The translations under genes and the position numbers were made by a program. Of a stretch of DNA of 64,000 bases, positions 27,992 through 37,670 are shown in pieces. Origin of the DNA: Edaphobacter sp. (GTDB lineage Bacteria; Acidobacteriota; Terriglobia; Terriglobales; Acidobacteriaceae). Under the pieces are notes generated by a model, which saw nothing but the letters and a program-made list of their open reading frames with translations, was not told the origin of the DNA and ran no database searches. Positions within the stretch are counted from its first letter, which is position 1; each line of letters begins with the position of its first letter. The stretch lies in the NCBI GenBank assembly GCA_035492215.1, contig DATJJJ010000057.1:324-64323 (forward strand), given 5' to 3'.

Positions 27992-28495
27992 ATGGCGAAG
28001 GCGGCAGAGACAACTGGAGTCGATGAGCTTCGCAAGCAATTGCTTGTCCTGTTGAAAGGTGGGCAGGCGCACGCGACCTTCGATGAAGCGGTGAAGGATT
28101 TTCCTGCGGAGCATCGCGGGACGGTTCCCGAGGGGCTGCCTTATTCTGCATGGCAGCTGTTGGAGCATATCCGGATTACGCAGCGCGATATTCTTGAATT
28201 CAGTGCGCCTCCGACGGGAGGATATCAACCGATCGCATGGCCGGAGGGCTACTGGCCGCAATCGCCGAAGCCATCCTCGGATCATGCGTGGGAGACTTCG
28301 ATTGCCGCAGTACATAAAGATCTGGAGTCGTTCGAGAAGCTGATCTCGAAGCCGGATGCGGATCTCTACAAGCCTTTTCGCTGGGGCGAAGGGCAGAACC
28401 TTTTGCGTGAGGCTTTGCTGATTGCGGATCATACGGCGTACCACGTAGGCGAGTTGATTTTGCTACGCCGGCTGTTGGGGATTTGGAATCACTAG
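27992..28495 (+). CDS. DinB-family protein
   Basis: SAWQLLEHIR, HTAYHVGE His motifs; SD AGGAGG. Confidence 0.88.
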   Translation: MAKAAETTGVDELRKQLLVLLKGGQAHATFDEAVKDFPAEHRGTVPEGLPYSAWQLLEHIRITQRDILEFSAPPTGGYQPIAWPEGYWPQSPKPSSDHAWETSIAAVHKDLESFEKLISKPDADLYKPFRWGEGQNLLREALLIADHTAYHVGELILLRRLLGIWNH

Positions 28496-28509
28496 TGGAG
28501 GCGAGGACG

Positions 28510-28938
28510 ATGAATGAGCCGGAGGTGATTCGGGCGATGCTGGGCAATCCTCCGGCGGAGCCACGCACGATCGCTGTGATAGGGCTCTCGAGTAATCCCG
28601 ATAAGCCGAGCCACTATGTGCCTGCTTATATGCAGCATCATGGCTATCGTATTCTCCCGGTCAATCCGTTGGTGGAATCAGTTCTGGGTGAACGGTCGTA
28701 CGCCTCGCTGGCCGACCTTCCGGCCAAACCGGATGTTGTAAATGTCTTTCGATTGCCTAAATTTATTCCAGAGATTGTCACGCAGATGATTGATCTGGGC
28801 TTCAAAAACCTCTGGGTGCAGCAGGGAATCATTCATCTGGAAGCGGCTTCTATGGCGGAAGCGGCTGGAATCTGGGTGGTGATGGACCGCTGCATTATGG
28901 TGGAGCATCGGTTTGCGGGGCTCTCAGGCCGCGCCTGA
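28510..28938 (+). CDS. CoA-binding protein (YccU-like)
   Basis: TIAVIGLS..KPS, GYRILPVNP, DVVNVFR, LWVQQG, VMDRC motifs. Confidence 0.92.
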   Translation: MNEPEVIRAMLGNPPAEPRTIAVIGLSSNPDKPSHYVPAYMQHHGYRILPVNPLVESVLGERSYASLADLPAKPDVVNVFRLPKFIPEIVTQMIDLGFKNLWVQQGIIHLEAASMAEAAGIWVVMDRCIMVEHRFAGLSGRA

Positions 28939-28980
28939 CCGTTGCGCTGTTGTCGAAGAGACCGCCTACAATGGAAAGTG

Positions 28981-31074
28981 ATGAATATTCGCCGCCATCT
29001 TGGCCTGCTTCTGCTGGCCTGCTCCCTCTTTCTCATTCATTCTGCCTCTGCGCAGATTGCGGTTGTAGGCGATGGCGGGCCAGGACCGGTAAAGGCGCAG
29101 CACCTGACCGCTGAGCTGGTATCGCTTGCTCCTTCGATCGCTCCGGGTGGAACGCTCGAGGTCGGGCTGGTGATCACGCTGGAAGAGAAGTGGCACGTCT
29201 ACTGGATCAATGCGGGCGACTCCGGTGAGCCGCCAAAGATCACCTGGACGCTCCCTCGCGGCGTCACGGCGGGGCCGATGCAGTTTCCCATCCCCAGTCG
29301 TCTACCGCTTGGGCCGCTGATGGACTTCGGTTATGAGGACGAGGTTGCCTTTCCCGTCAAGCTGACGGCTACCAAAGATCTGAAGCCCGGCCCGATTCAT
29401 CTGGACGCAAAGGTTAACTGGCTGGTGTGTCGCGAGGTTTGCATCCCGGGCAGGGCGCATCTTGGATTGAACCTGACGGTCGATCCGAAGGCGACAGCCC
29501 CGGCCCAGCCGGTGGGCGCTCTGGGCGAGGCACTGGGACTGATCCCGAAGCCGCTTCCGTCGGATATGAAGCTGACCATCACAGGCGGGAAGAACGAGTT
29601 TGTGATGGATCTGATCACGGGGGAGCGTACATCGGATGCTGAGTTTTATCCCTTCGATCAGGAACAGATTGCCAATGCTGGCGACCAGGATGTGGAGCCG
29701 CTTCCGAACGGTGTAAGGCTTCGCGTGCCGCGTGCTCCGGAGCTGACGAAGCTTCCGGAACAACTGCATGGTGTTCTCAAGCTGGACGATGAGACAGCCT
29801 ACGATGTGACGGCTCCTGTGGTTGCAGGAGAGGTTCCGCGGAGAGCGGGAGGCGGTCCGGTTCCTGCCGGGGCGAAGGAGCTTACGTCGTTAGCAGCGAT
29901 CAGTCTGGCGTTTGTGGGAGGCATCATTCTGAACCTGATGCCGTGCGTCTTTCCTGTGCTTTTTCTCAAGGGATTGTCGCTGGTGCAGTCGTCGAATGAG
30001 GATCGTGGCCGGATTCGGCGGCATGGCCTGGTCTATACGCTGGGGATTCTGGTTTCGTTTTGGGTGATCGTCGCGGCTCTATTGTTGCTGCGCGCGGGAG
30101 GAAGCGAGGCGGGATGGGGATTCCAGTTGCAGTCGCCGACCTTCCTGGCGATTCTGGCTTCAGGCATCTTCTTCTTTGCGCTCTCGTTATCGGGCCTGTT
30201 CGACCTTGGCCTATCGCTGACCAGTGTGGGCGGTGAGCTGGCACAGAAGCAAGGTTATGCGGGCAGCTTCTTTACCGGTGTGCTGGCGACGGTGGTTGCG
30301 ACGCCGTGCACGGCTCCTTTCATGGGAGCGGCGATCGGTTTTGCGCTGGCGCAGTCCGGATGGATTACGTTTTCGGTCTTTACCGCACTGGCGCTGGGGC
30401 TTGCCGCGCCTTATCTGCTGCTGAGCTTCCAGCCTGCGTGGACGAGGCTGCTGCCGCGCCCGGGCGCGTGGATGGAGGTCTTCAAGCAGGTTACGGCGAT
30501 CATTTTCTTCGCGACGGTGATCTGGCTGACCTACGTCTATGGCAATCTCTTCAGCACGCAGGCTGTGTACCACGTTGCGTTATTACTGGCATGCTTCCTG
30601 CTGCTGGCCGTCGCGGGATGGGTGCTGGGCCGATGGCCCGCGCGGTGGCCGAGTGCGATTGCGGCAGTGCTGATCGGGCTGTTCGCTCTGTCGGTTCCGA
30701 TCTATCAGCCGAAGCAGACGACACTGAACTGGGAGCCTTATTCCGAGCAGACGCTGAGCCAAGCGCGTGCGCAGGGTAAACCTGTTTTCATCGACTTTAC
30801 GGCGGCGTGGTGCCTGAGCTGCCAGGTGAACGAGCGGCTCGTGCTCCGGTCGTCTGACGTGCAGAAGGAGTTCGCACGGAACAAGGTGACGCTGATCAAG
30901 GCGGACTGGACGAAGTATGACGCCGAGATCACCAAGCAACTTGCTTCGGTGGGCCGGAGCGGAGTTCCGACTTATGTGATCTATCCGGCGGGCAAGGGCG
31001 CGCCGGATGTACTGCCTGAGCTGCTGACCAAGGATATTGTGCTGACGGCGCTGAAGAAGGACACAGGACGATGA
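28981..31074 (+). CDS. Thiol:disulfide interchange protein DsbD/ScsB-like
   Basis: WHVYW.N.GDSG and CREVC N-domain; LNLMPCVFPV / ATPCTAP TM domain; FTAAWCLSC thioredoxin domain. Confidence 0.93.
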   Translation: MNIRRHLGLLLLACSLFLIHSASAQIAVVGDGGPGPVKAQHLTAELVSLAPSIAPGGTLEVGLVITLEEKWHVYWINAGDSGEPPKITWTLPRGVTAGPMQFPIPSRLPLGPLMDFGYEDEVAFPVKLTATKDLKPGPIHLDAKVNWLVCREVCIPGRAHLGLNLTVDPKATAPAQPVGALGEALGLIPKPLPSDMKLTITGGKNEFVMDLITGERTSDAEFYPFDQEQIANAGDQDVEPLPNGVRLRVPRAPELTKLPEQLHGVLKLDDETAYDVTAPVVAGEVPRRAGGGPVPAGAKELTSLAAISLAFVGGIILNLMPCVFPVLFLKGLSLVQSSNEDRGRIRRHGLVYTLGILVSFWVIVAALLLLRAGGSEAGWGFQLQSPTFLAILASGIFFFALSLSGLFDLGLSLTSVGGELAQKQGYAGSFFTGVLATVVATPCTAPFMGAAIGFALAQSGWITFSVFTALALGLAAPYLLLSFQPAWTRLLPRPGAWMEVFKQVTAIIFFATVIWLTYVYGNLFSTQAVYHVALLLACFLLLAVAGWVLGRWPARWPSAIAAVLIGLFALSVPIYQPKQTTLNWEPYSEQTLSQARAQGKPVFIDFTAAWCLSCQVNERLVLRSSDVQKEFARNKVTLIKADWTKYDAEITKQLASVGRSGVPTYVIYPAGKGAPDVLPELLTKDIVLTALKKDTGR

Positions 31075-31469
31075 GCGCAAACGACGAACAACAGATTCGG
31101 AATGTGATCGACACGTGGATGCAGGCCTCGCGTGAGGACGATCTTGATACCGTACTTGGCTTGATGACGGAAGATGTCGTCTTTTTGACGCCGGGCAATC
31201 CTCCGATGCGAAGGAAGGATTTTGCCGCGGCGTCGAAGAGAATGATCGGGAAGGTCCGGATCGACGGCGTTTCCGAGATCCAGGAGATCACGGTGACGGG
31301 TGACCTGGCCTTCTGCTGGAACCGGCTGGAGATTACAGCGACTTCTTCGGAGAACAGCGCCAAAATGCATCACTCCGGCAACACCCTTTCGGTCTTTCGA
31401 CGCTGCGAGGATGGGCAGTGGCGCCTCTGGCGCGATGCCAATCTGTTAGGGCCAGCTACCCAGGCCTAG
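31071..31469 (+). CDS. NTF2/SnoaL-like protein (SgcJ/EcaC-like)
   Basis: MTEDVVFL, GDLAFCW, WRLWRDANL; ATGA coupling to the upstream gene. Confidence 0.85.
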   Translation: MSANDEQQIRNVIDTWMQASREDDLDTVLGLMTEDVVFLTPGNPPMRRKDFAAASKRMIGKVRIDGVSEIQEITVTGDLAFCWNRLEITATSSENSAKMHHSGNTLSVFRRCEDGQWRLWRDANLLGPATQA

Positions 31470-31522
31470 TTGCGTCCGGCTCGATTTCAGCCGCACAATA
31501 AGGGCAATTCCGGCGTGCGGAG

Positions 31523-32134
31523 GTGATCAGGATGCTTTCTCGTCGAGTTCTCTCCCTTACCCTTGGCCTGGCCTCGCTTCCTCTGTTTGGTCTGACTCCC
31601 GGGACGCAGGCTCCGGACTTCAAGGGGACCGATTCCAACGGTGCCACTCATTCTCTGTCGCAGTATCGCGGCAAGTATGTCGTGCTGGAGTGGGCCAACA
31701 AAGGATGTCCTTACGACCAGAAGCACTACCTTAGCGGCAACATGGAGTCGCTGCAGAAGGAGTGGACGGGTAAGGGCGTCGTATGGCTCTCTGTGCTTTC
31801 TTCGGCTCCAGGTGAGCAGGGAAACGTGACACCTGCGGAGGAGAACGCTTACCTGAAGAAGATGAAGGCAGCTCCGACGGCGGCACTGCTGGACCCGGAG
31901 GGTAAGATCGGACGGCTCTATGAGGCGAAGACGACACCGCATATGTTCGTGATCGATCCACAGGGCAAGCTGATCTATCAGGGGGCGATCGACGACAAGC
32001 CGACGACCGATTTTGCCGATGTGAAGACGGCCCGCAATTACCTGAATGAGGCGCTGAACTCGGCGATGGCGGGCAAGCCTGTTCCGGTGACGACGACCCG
32101 GCCTTATGGGTGTTCGGTGAAGTACAAGGATTAG
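31523..32134 (+). CDS. Exported thioredoxin-fold redoxin (AhpC/TSA, PrxL-like)
   Basis: APDF, VVLEW.N.GCPY, AKTTPHMFVID, YQGAIDD, YGCSVKY motifs; signal peptide. Confidence 0.9.
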   Translation: MIRMLSRRVLSLTLGLASLPLFGLTPGTQAPDFKGTDSNGATHSLSQYRGKYVVLEWANKGCPYDQKHYLSGNMESLQKEWTGKGVVWLSVLSSAPGEQGNVTPAEENAYLKKMKAAPTAALLDPEGKIGRLYEAKTTPHMFVIDPQGKLIYQGAIDDKPTTDFADVKTARNYLNEALNSAMAGKPVPVTTTRPYGCSVKYKD

Positions 32135-32343
32135 GGATACCCCCACCCGTACTTGTTTGTTGCAAAATCTTGATTCTATTTTAGTTAGCTTCGGACCACC
32201 GGTTGAGGCTGAAGAAGAAAGCCCGGGATTGGATTCCCAGGCTTTCTTCTTCTTTAACGATAGCAAACGGATGGGATCTGATCGGCACAAAGATGTCGTT
32301 TGATTTGTTTGGGATAGGTATGAGAATAGGTTGACAGGATTTG
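32135..32343. repeat. Dispersed intergenic element, copy 2
   Basis: Same motif set and spacing as 10266-10516; exact IHF-consensus match CAAAATCTTGATT (32163-75); 13-bp stem GAAGAAGAAAGCC/GGCTTTCTTCTTC. Confidence 0.75.
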
Positions 32344-32418
32344 GTCGTGTTTCCGTTTGAAGTTTGATTCCCAAGCCGCTAGATTGGGCAGTGTGTCATC
32401 TGACCTGAGGCCGATGGA

Positions 32419-32880
32419 ATGCCGAAGTTTCATATGGGCGCAGAGGTATTGATCGACCGACCCGTCGACGATGTCCGCGCCTTCTTCGCTGATGCAAACA
32501 GCCCGGTGCTTTGGGATCGATCGGTTAGCAAGGTCGTTTGCGCCTCGCCCGACTTGTTCGTGGTTGGTGCGAAGTTCGCGACCATCGGTCCCTTTCGCGG
32601 CGGCCGGGAGGGCAAGCGCTCGGAGTATCAGGTGGTTGCTGTCGGCGAGGATGAGAGCAAGGTTGAGCTTGTAAATTCAACGATCTTCAAATCGGCCGTT
32701 TGGACTATGCGCCTCGCCACGAAGGGCAACAGCACAAATGTGGAGTGCGAGATGGACTTGTCGACGGACTTGCTCCGCGCACCCATCGGCCTTCTGCTCA
32801 AGCTGAATGAGAAGGCTATTGCTACCGATTTGCAGTTCCTCAAGCGCGCCATCGAAGATGGCGAGGTGGCCAAGCGTTAG
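32419..32880 (+). CDS. SRPBCC/polyketide cyclase-family protein
   Basis: VLIDRPVDDVRAFFAD..SPVLW, VGAKF, DLQFLKRAIE pattern. Confidence 0.75.
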   Translation: MPKFHMGAEVLIDRPVDDVRAFFADANSPVLWDRSVSKVVCASPDLFVVGAKFATIGPFRGGREGKRSEYQVVAVGEDESKVELVNSTIFKSAVWTMRLATKGNSTNVECEMDLSTDLLRAPIGLLLKLNEKAIATDLQFLKRAIEDGEVAKR

Positions 32881-32897
32881 TGTGCGTGATGACTGAG

Positions 32898-32934
32898 GCG
32901 AAATACGAGGATTCTTCGGTTTGCTAAGAATGAC
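32898..32934. repeat. Single arm of a REP-like palindromic repeat
   Basis: GCGAAATACGAGGATTCTTCGGTTTGCTAAGAATGAC resembles the GATTCTTCGCTTCGCTCAGAATGAC-type repeat (from recall); only one copy in window. Confidence 0.5.
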
Positions 32935-32965
32935 GTTGTAGCGAGGCGGTGGGCTCAAGCGTAAG

Positions 32966-34324
32966 CTATTTCCGCTTTTCCGCTTTGATGCGTGCGATCT
33001 CGTCTATGCGTTGTGCGAGGAGCTTTTCACGGCCTTCTTGGGTGGGCTGGTAGTAGCGGCGGCCGGCGAGTGAAGGTGGGAGGCATTCCATGTCGGCGAC
33101 GCGGCCTTCGACGTCGTGGGCGTATTGGTAGTCCTTCCCGTAATTAAGATCCTTCATCAGCTTGGTGGGCGCGTTGCGCAGGTGCAGCGGAACAGGCTCG
33201 GCGGCGGTGGCCTGAATGTCGCCGCGCACGGTGTTGTAGGCCATATAGACGGCGTTCGATTTAGGGGCGAGGGCGAGGTAGACGACGGCCTGGGCGAGAG
33301 CGAGCTCGCCCTCGGGGTGGCCGAGGAAGTGCATGGCGTCTTTCGCGGAGAGGCAGAGGTTGAGAGCTTCGGGGGAGGCGAGACCGATGTCTTCGACGGC
33401 CATGCGGACGACGCGGCGGGCGACGTACATGGGATCTTCGCCGGCCTCGAGCATGCGGCCGAGCCAGTAGAGGGCGGCGTCGGGGTCGGAGTTGCGTACG
33501 CTTTTGTGGAGCGCGGAGATGATGTCGTAGTGTTGCTCGCCCTGCTTGTCGTAGAGGAGGACGCGGCGCTGCATGGCTTCGGCCGCGATGTCTTTGGTGA
33601 GGGTGTGCTCGTTGCGGCCCTGCACGAGGCGGGCGGCGACTTCGAGGGCGTTGAGGGCGTTGCGCGCGTCTCCGCTGGAGTAGGAGGCGATGGTGGCGAG
33701 CGCTTCGTCGTCGGCGGTGATGGGCTTCGCGTTGACCTGCAAGGAGCCGAGGCCGCGGTCGGGATCGGTGAGGGCGCGGCGGAGGAGGGAGACGACCTGA
33801 TCTTCGGTGAGCGATTGCAGTGTGTAGACCCGGCAACGAGAGAGGAGCGCGGCGATGATCTCGAAGGACGGATTCTCGGTCGTGGCTCCGATGAGTCGAA
33901 TGGTTCCGCGCTCGACGTAGGGAAGAAAGGCGTCCTGCTGGGCCTTGTTGAAGCGGTGAATCTCGTCGACGAAGAGGATGGTGCGTGAGCCCATGTGCGA
34001 GGCCTTTTCGGCGTCGGCCATGACCTGCTTGATCTCCTTGATTCCGCTGAGGACGGCGGAGAACTCGATGAAGGTGGACTGGGTGCGCTGGGCGATGATC
34101 TTGGCCAGTGTGGTTTTGCCGGTGCCGGGAGGCCCCCAGAAGATCATTGAGGTGGCGTCGTCGTTTTCGATAGCGACGCGGAGGGGTTTGCCGGGGCCGA
34201 GGAGGTGTTCCTGGCCGACGTACTCCTCAAGGGTGCGGGGGCGCATGCGCTCAGCGAGGGGAGCCTGACGCGAGGTTCTAGTAGCCGACGCGGATGCGAT
34301 CGGCGTGGAGTCGAAGAGGCTCAT
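32966..34324 (-). CDS. rarA: Replication-associated recombination protein A (MgsA)
   Basis: PLAERMRP, WGPPGTGKT, DEIHRFNKAQQD, ATTENP, HKSVRNSD, EDIGLA motifs. Confidence 0.96.
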   Translation of the reverse strand: MSLFDSTPIASASATRTSRQAPLAERMRPRTLEEYVGQEHLLGPGKPLRVAIENDDATSMIFWGPPGTGKTTLAKIIAQRTQSTFIEFSAVLSGIKEIKQVMADAEKASHMGSRTILFVDEIHRFNKAQQDAFLPYVERGTIRLIGATTENPSFEIIAALLSRCRVYTLQSLTEDQVVSLLRRALTDPDRGLGSLQVNAKPITADDEALATIASYSSGDARNALNALEVAARLVQGRNEHTLTKDIAAEAMQRRVLLYDKQGEQHYDIISALHKSVRNSDPDAALYWLGRMLEAGEDPMYVARRVVRMAVEDIGLASPEALNLCLSAKDAMHFLGHPEGELALAQAVVYLALAPKSNAVYMAYNTVRGDIQATAAEPVPLHLRNAPTKLMKDLNYGKDYQYAHDVEGRVADMECLPPSLAGRRYYQPTQEGREKLLAQRIDEIARIKAEKRK

Positions 34325-35193
34325 CGGGTGGCTCCGGTGGGACGGCGGCGGAGGGGACCGGGGATGGGGGCGTTGGCTTCAACGGTTTGAGGAGTGGAGG
34401 AAGAGCGCTGACGCGAGGCTTCGTAGAGAAGGAGAGAGGCAGCGATGGCGGCGTTGAGGCTTTCGACGGGGCCGGGACAGGGGATGGTGATGCGTGACGA
34501 GGCGAGCGTAAGCCACTCGGGCGCGAGGCCGGAGCCTTCGTTGCCGATGAGGATGCCGGTGGGCTGGCGGAGATTGGCGTCGTGCGCTGCGACGACATCT
34601 CCATGCGCGGCTCCGACGGCGGCGAAGAGATGAATATTTCGAGCGGACTGCAGCTGGGCGATCTCCTCTTTGGAAGTAGCGATGACGGGAGTGCGGAAGG
34701 TGCTGCCCACGCTGGCGCGGAGAGCCTTCTGGTTCCACGGATTGACGGTTCCGGGAGTGATGAGGACACCGCTTGCGCCGAAGGCTTCGGCGGAGCGGAT
34801 GATGGTTCCGAGATTACCGGGGTCCTGCAGGCCGACGGCGATGAGGAGCAGAGGAGAGGTCTCGCGGGCGAGGAGGGGGGCGAGGAGGTGGACTGGCGGC
34901 TCGATGAGGGCGGCAATACCTTGGGGGGAGCGGGTTTCGGCGACGGAGGCGAAGAGGCTGGCGGTGAGACGAACGATTTCGGTCTTGCGAGGGAGATTTT
35001 GAGGAGGCAGGCGGTCGCCGGCGAGAAAGAGGGTGCGCGGAACGATGGCGCTGCGGAGTGCTTCTTCAACGAGATGCTCGCCTTCGATGGCGACGAGTCC
35101 GGCGGAGAGACGATGATTTTCTGCGAAGGCGGCGCGGAGCTGTTTGACGCGTGCGTTGGTTCGGCTTGAGACGGCTTCTGAAGCGACTTCCAT
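34321..35193 (-). CDS. TrmH/SpoU RNA 2'-O-methyltransferase
   Basis: LQDPGNLGTIIRSA, IGNEGSG, ESLNAA SPOUT motifs. Confidence 0.93.
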   Translation of the reverse strand: MEVASEAVSSRTNARVKQLRAAFAENHRLSAGLVAIEGEHLVEEALRSAIVPRTLFLAGDRLPPQNLPRKTEIVRLTASLFASVAETRSPQGIAALIEPPVHLLAPLLARETSPLLLIAVGLQDPGNLGTIIRSAEAFGASGVLITPGTVNPWNQKALRASVGSTFRTPVIATSKEEIAQLQSARNIHLFAAVGAAHGDVVAAHDANLRQPTGILIGNEGSGLAPEWLTLASSRITIPCPGPVESLNAAIAASLLLYEASRQRSSSTPQTVEANAPIPGPLRRRPTGATR

Positions 35194-35397
35194 TCTGAAA
35201 AGTTTACGCCGTCTTTCGAGCTTGGTTGAGGGGCTGGATTTGGCGATGAAGCGGGCAGGTTGCGGCGGAGAAAAATGTAGGGAGTTCTTTGGACGGCGCG
35301 TTAGAGGGAGGATTGGAGTATGGTGGATGTTTGAGTCGGCTGGGGCGGTGTGCTATGTTCCGAGATGGCCGCTCGCGGCTCAGGAGCTCCTAAGATT

Positions 35398-36042
35398 TTG
35401 ACGGCCGATACTCTTCGCATACACCCTGATGAGCCTGAACCGGAGCTCGTTTCTCAGGTCGCGGATCGTCTGCACTCGGGCCAGGTGGTGGCTTTACCGA
35501 CGGATACGTTCTATGGACTGGCGGTAGACCCGGTGAATCTGCGAGCGGTAGACCGGATCTACGAGCTGAAGTCTCGTGCAAGGCATAAGCCGCTTTCGTT
35601 GCTGGTTCACGATGTAGCGCAGGCGTATGAGCTGGCGCGGGGACTGGATTCTGCGTTTGACCGGCTGGCGGAACGGTTTTGGCCGGGGCCGCTGACGCTG
35701 GTGGTGAGAGCAGGATCGAAGCTGCCGCTGCGGGTGACGGCGAACACGGGGAATGTGGCGTTGCGCGTGCCGGAGGCGGCGATTCCGAGAGCGATTGTTG
35801 AGAAGATGGGATTGCCGATTACGGCGACTTCGGCGAATCTTTCGGGAATGCCGGAGTGCACGTATGCAAATGGTGTTCGTGAGCAACTGGGCGATAAGAT
35901 TCCTTTGATCGTCGACGGCGGACCTACGGCGCGTTCGGTGGCGACGACGATTGTGGATCTTTCGGGTGGCGGCCGCTCATGGATGATTCTGCGTGAGGGA
36001 GCGATTCCAACCCACGAGATTGCACTGACTCTGCAGCACTGA
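35398..36042 (+). CDS. tsaC: L-threonylcarbamoyladenylate synthase (Sua5/TsaC)
   Basis: VALPTDTFYGL, K.R..KPL, FWPGPLT, TATSANLSG motifs. TTG start after AGGAG chosen; 35365 and 35350 are alternatives. Confidence 0.9.
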   Translation: MTADTLRIHPDEPEPELVSQVADRLHSGQVVALPTDTFYGLAVDPVNLRAVDRIYELKSRARHKPLSLLVHDVAQAYELARGLDSAFDRLAERFWPGPLTLVVRAGSKLPLRVTANTGNVALRVPEAAIPRAIVEKMGLPITATSANLSGMPECTYANGVREQLGDKIPLIVDGGPTARSVATTIVDLSGGGRSWMILREGAIPTHEIALTLQH

Positions 36043-36074
36043 TTTTTTGCCAGATTGCAAGGCGTTCACTGGTT

Positions 36075-36746
36075 ATGACTGTCCCGGGCTCTAATCGTCG
36101 CAAACGTTCTTCCTCCTTGTGGGTGGATCTTGTTCGCAGCCTAGTACTCGCTGCGGCGATCCTCGCGGTGGCGTGGAGCGCGTATGTGGTGACGCAGGTC
36201 TCGGAGGTGGCGGACGAGGACCAGGCGCAGAAGGCCGATGCGATTGCGGTATTTGGCGCAGCGGAGTATGGGGGGCGACCCTCGCCGACCTTGCACTACA
36301 GACTGGATCATGCGGTGGATCTATATCGTCTGCAGATTGCGCCGATGGTGATTACGCTGGGCGGGGGGAGCGATCGGGATTCGGGCAACACGGAAGGCGG
36401 AGTGGGACGAGATTATCTGCTGGCGCATGGGATTCCGTTCGGCCATATCATCGCGGAGACGAGATCGACCGATACGGAGCAGCAGGTCCGCAGGCTGGCT
36501 GCGATCGCGAGGGAGTTCAACCTGCACCATATTGTGGTGGTGTCGGACGGGACGCATCTATTTCGCATTCGCGAACTGTGCCAGGAGGCTGGGCTGGATG
36601 TGTACACCTCGCCCCGCGCGACGATAGGCCACATCGGCTGGTGGGACCTGATGATGCGATATGCGCATGAGGTGATCAGCTATACGGCGTGGAAGCTGCA
36701 CCTGGATATCGGGTGGGTGCGGCGGGGTTTCTCGGACGATTTTTAG
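36075..36746 (+). CDS. YdcF/DUF218 (ElyC/SanA-like) protein
   Basis: N-terminal TM; ADAIAVFGA, RLDHA, ITLGG, ETRSTDT, VVSDGTHLFR motifs. Confidence 0.88.
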   Translation: MTVPGSNRRKRSSSLWVDLVRSLVLAAAILAVAWSAYVVTQVSEVADEDQAQKADAIAVFGAAEYGGRPSPTLHYRLDHAVDLYRLQIAPMVITLGGGSDRDSGNTEGGVGRDYLLAHGIPFGHIIAETRSTDTEQQVRRLAAIAREFNLHHIVVVSDGTHLFRIRELCQEAGLDVYTSPRATIGHIGWWDLMMRYAHEVISYTAWKLHLDIGWVRRGFSDDF

Positions 36747-37612
36747 CGCAGCGAGCTGGCAATAAGAGCAGCGACGAGCGTGGAGGTGAGGTTAACGAGA
36801 TCGTTGCCGAACCATCCGCGGCGCTCGACGGTGGCTCCCAGAAGGCTGTCAAAGAAGAGGCCGGCAGTTGCGGCCCCGAGGAGTACGGCCTGGGTGGGCC
36901 AGAAGGGGTGGCGCATGGCTCCGATGGCAATGACGATGGCTGCGGCTGCGATTCCGGTGAGGGTTCCGACGGTGGTGATGGCTCCATCGGTGCCGGGAGG
37001 GACGAGGCGCCCCGTGGTGAGGAGGCGAGGAGAGTGTCCTATGGCCTGGCCGACCTCGGAGGAGACGGTGTCGGCGGTGACTTCGGCAAGGGCGGCGACG
37101 CAGCCGTCGTAGCGTCCGGCGGCGGCGAAGAGGGCGGCGATGCCCAAATTGGCAACGATCTGGGAGGCCTGCCGGCCGTGGCGGGGTTCGGAGAGACCGT
37201 GAGCCTCTTTACGGGCACGGCCGAACTTTGTAGCCGCGTAAGTGAGGGCGAAGAGGACGATGAGAGCGACGAAGAGTGGATGCGGTGAGGTATCGGGAAG
37301 GTAACGGGACCAGGCCGCGGGCGATTGCGCGAGGATAAAGCAGACGAGGAAGCCGAGGATGGAGGCTCCGAGAGTGGCGGCGCGCAACAGATAGACAAGA
37401 GCGGCGAAGGCGGCGCTGAGCAGTAGAGGCCGGGCCAATGGCCAGAGAGGAAGCGAGAGCCGGACAGCGGCCAAAGGCAACGCAATGGCGGCAATGGACA
37501 AGAGAATGCTGAAGGTCCAGACGAGGGCGGTCGATTGGACCTTGTCGCGGGCGACGGGGATCGATTTGAAGGGGAGTGTCATTTCGGGACCGCGATCGGG
37601 TTTTGGATTCAT
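36743..37612 (-). CDS. DUF92 membrane protein
   Basis: R.ASQIVAN, ADTVSSEVG, VPPGTDGAIT, DSLLGATVE, NDLVN motifs. Confidence 0.9.
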   Translation of the reverse strand: MNPKPDRGPEMTLPFKSIPVARDKVQSTALVWTFSILLSIAAIALPLAAVRLSLPLWPLARPLLLSAAFAALVYLLRAATLGASILGFLVCFILAQSPAAWSRYLPDTSPHPLFVALIVLFALTYAATKFGRARKEAHGLSEPRHGRQASQIVANLGIAALFAAAGRYDGCVAALAEVTADTVSSEVGQAIGHSPRLLTTGRLVPPGTDGAITTVGTLTGIAAAAIVIAIGAMRHPFWPTQAVLLGAATAGLFFDSLLGATVERRGWFGNDLVNLTSTLVAALIASSLR

Positions 37613-37670
37613 GGTGATTTACAATCTGATCTAGAGCATAGCCAACATCAGCAGCATCGCGGGAGCAGTT

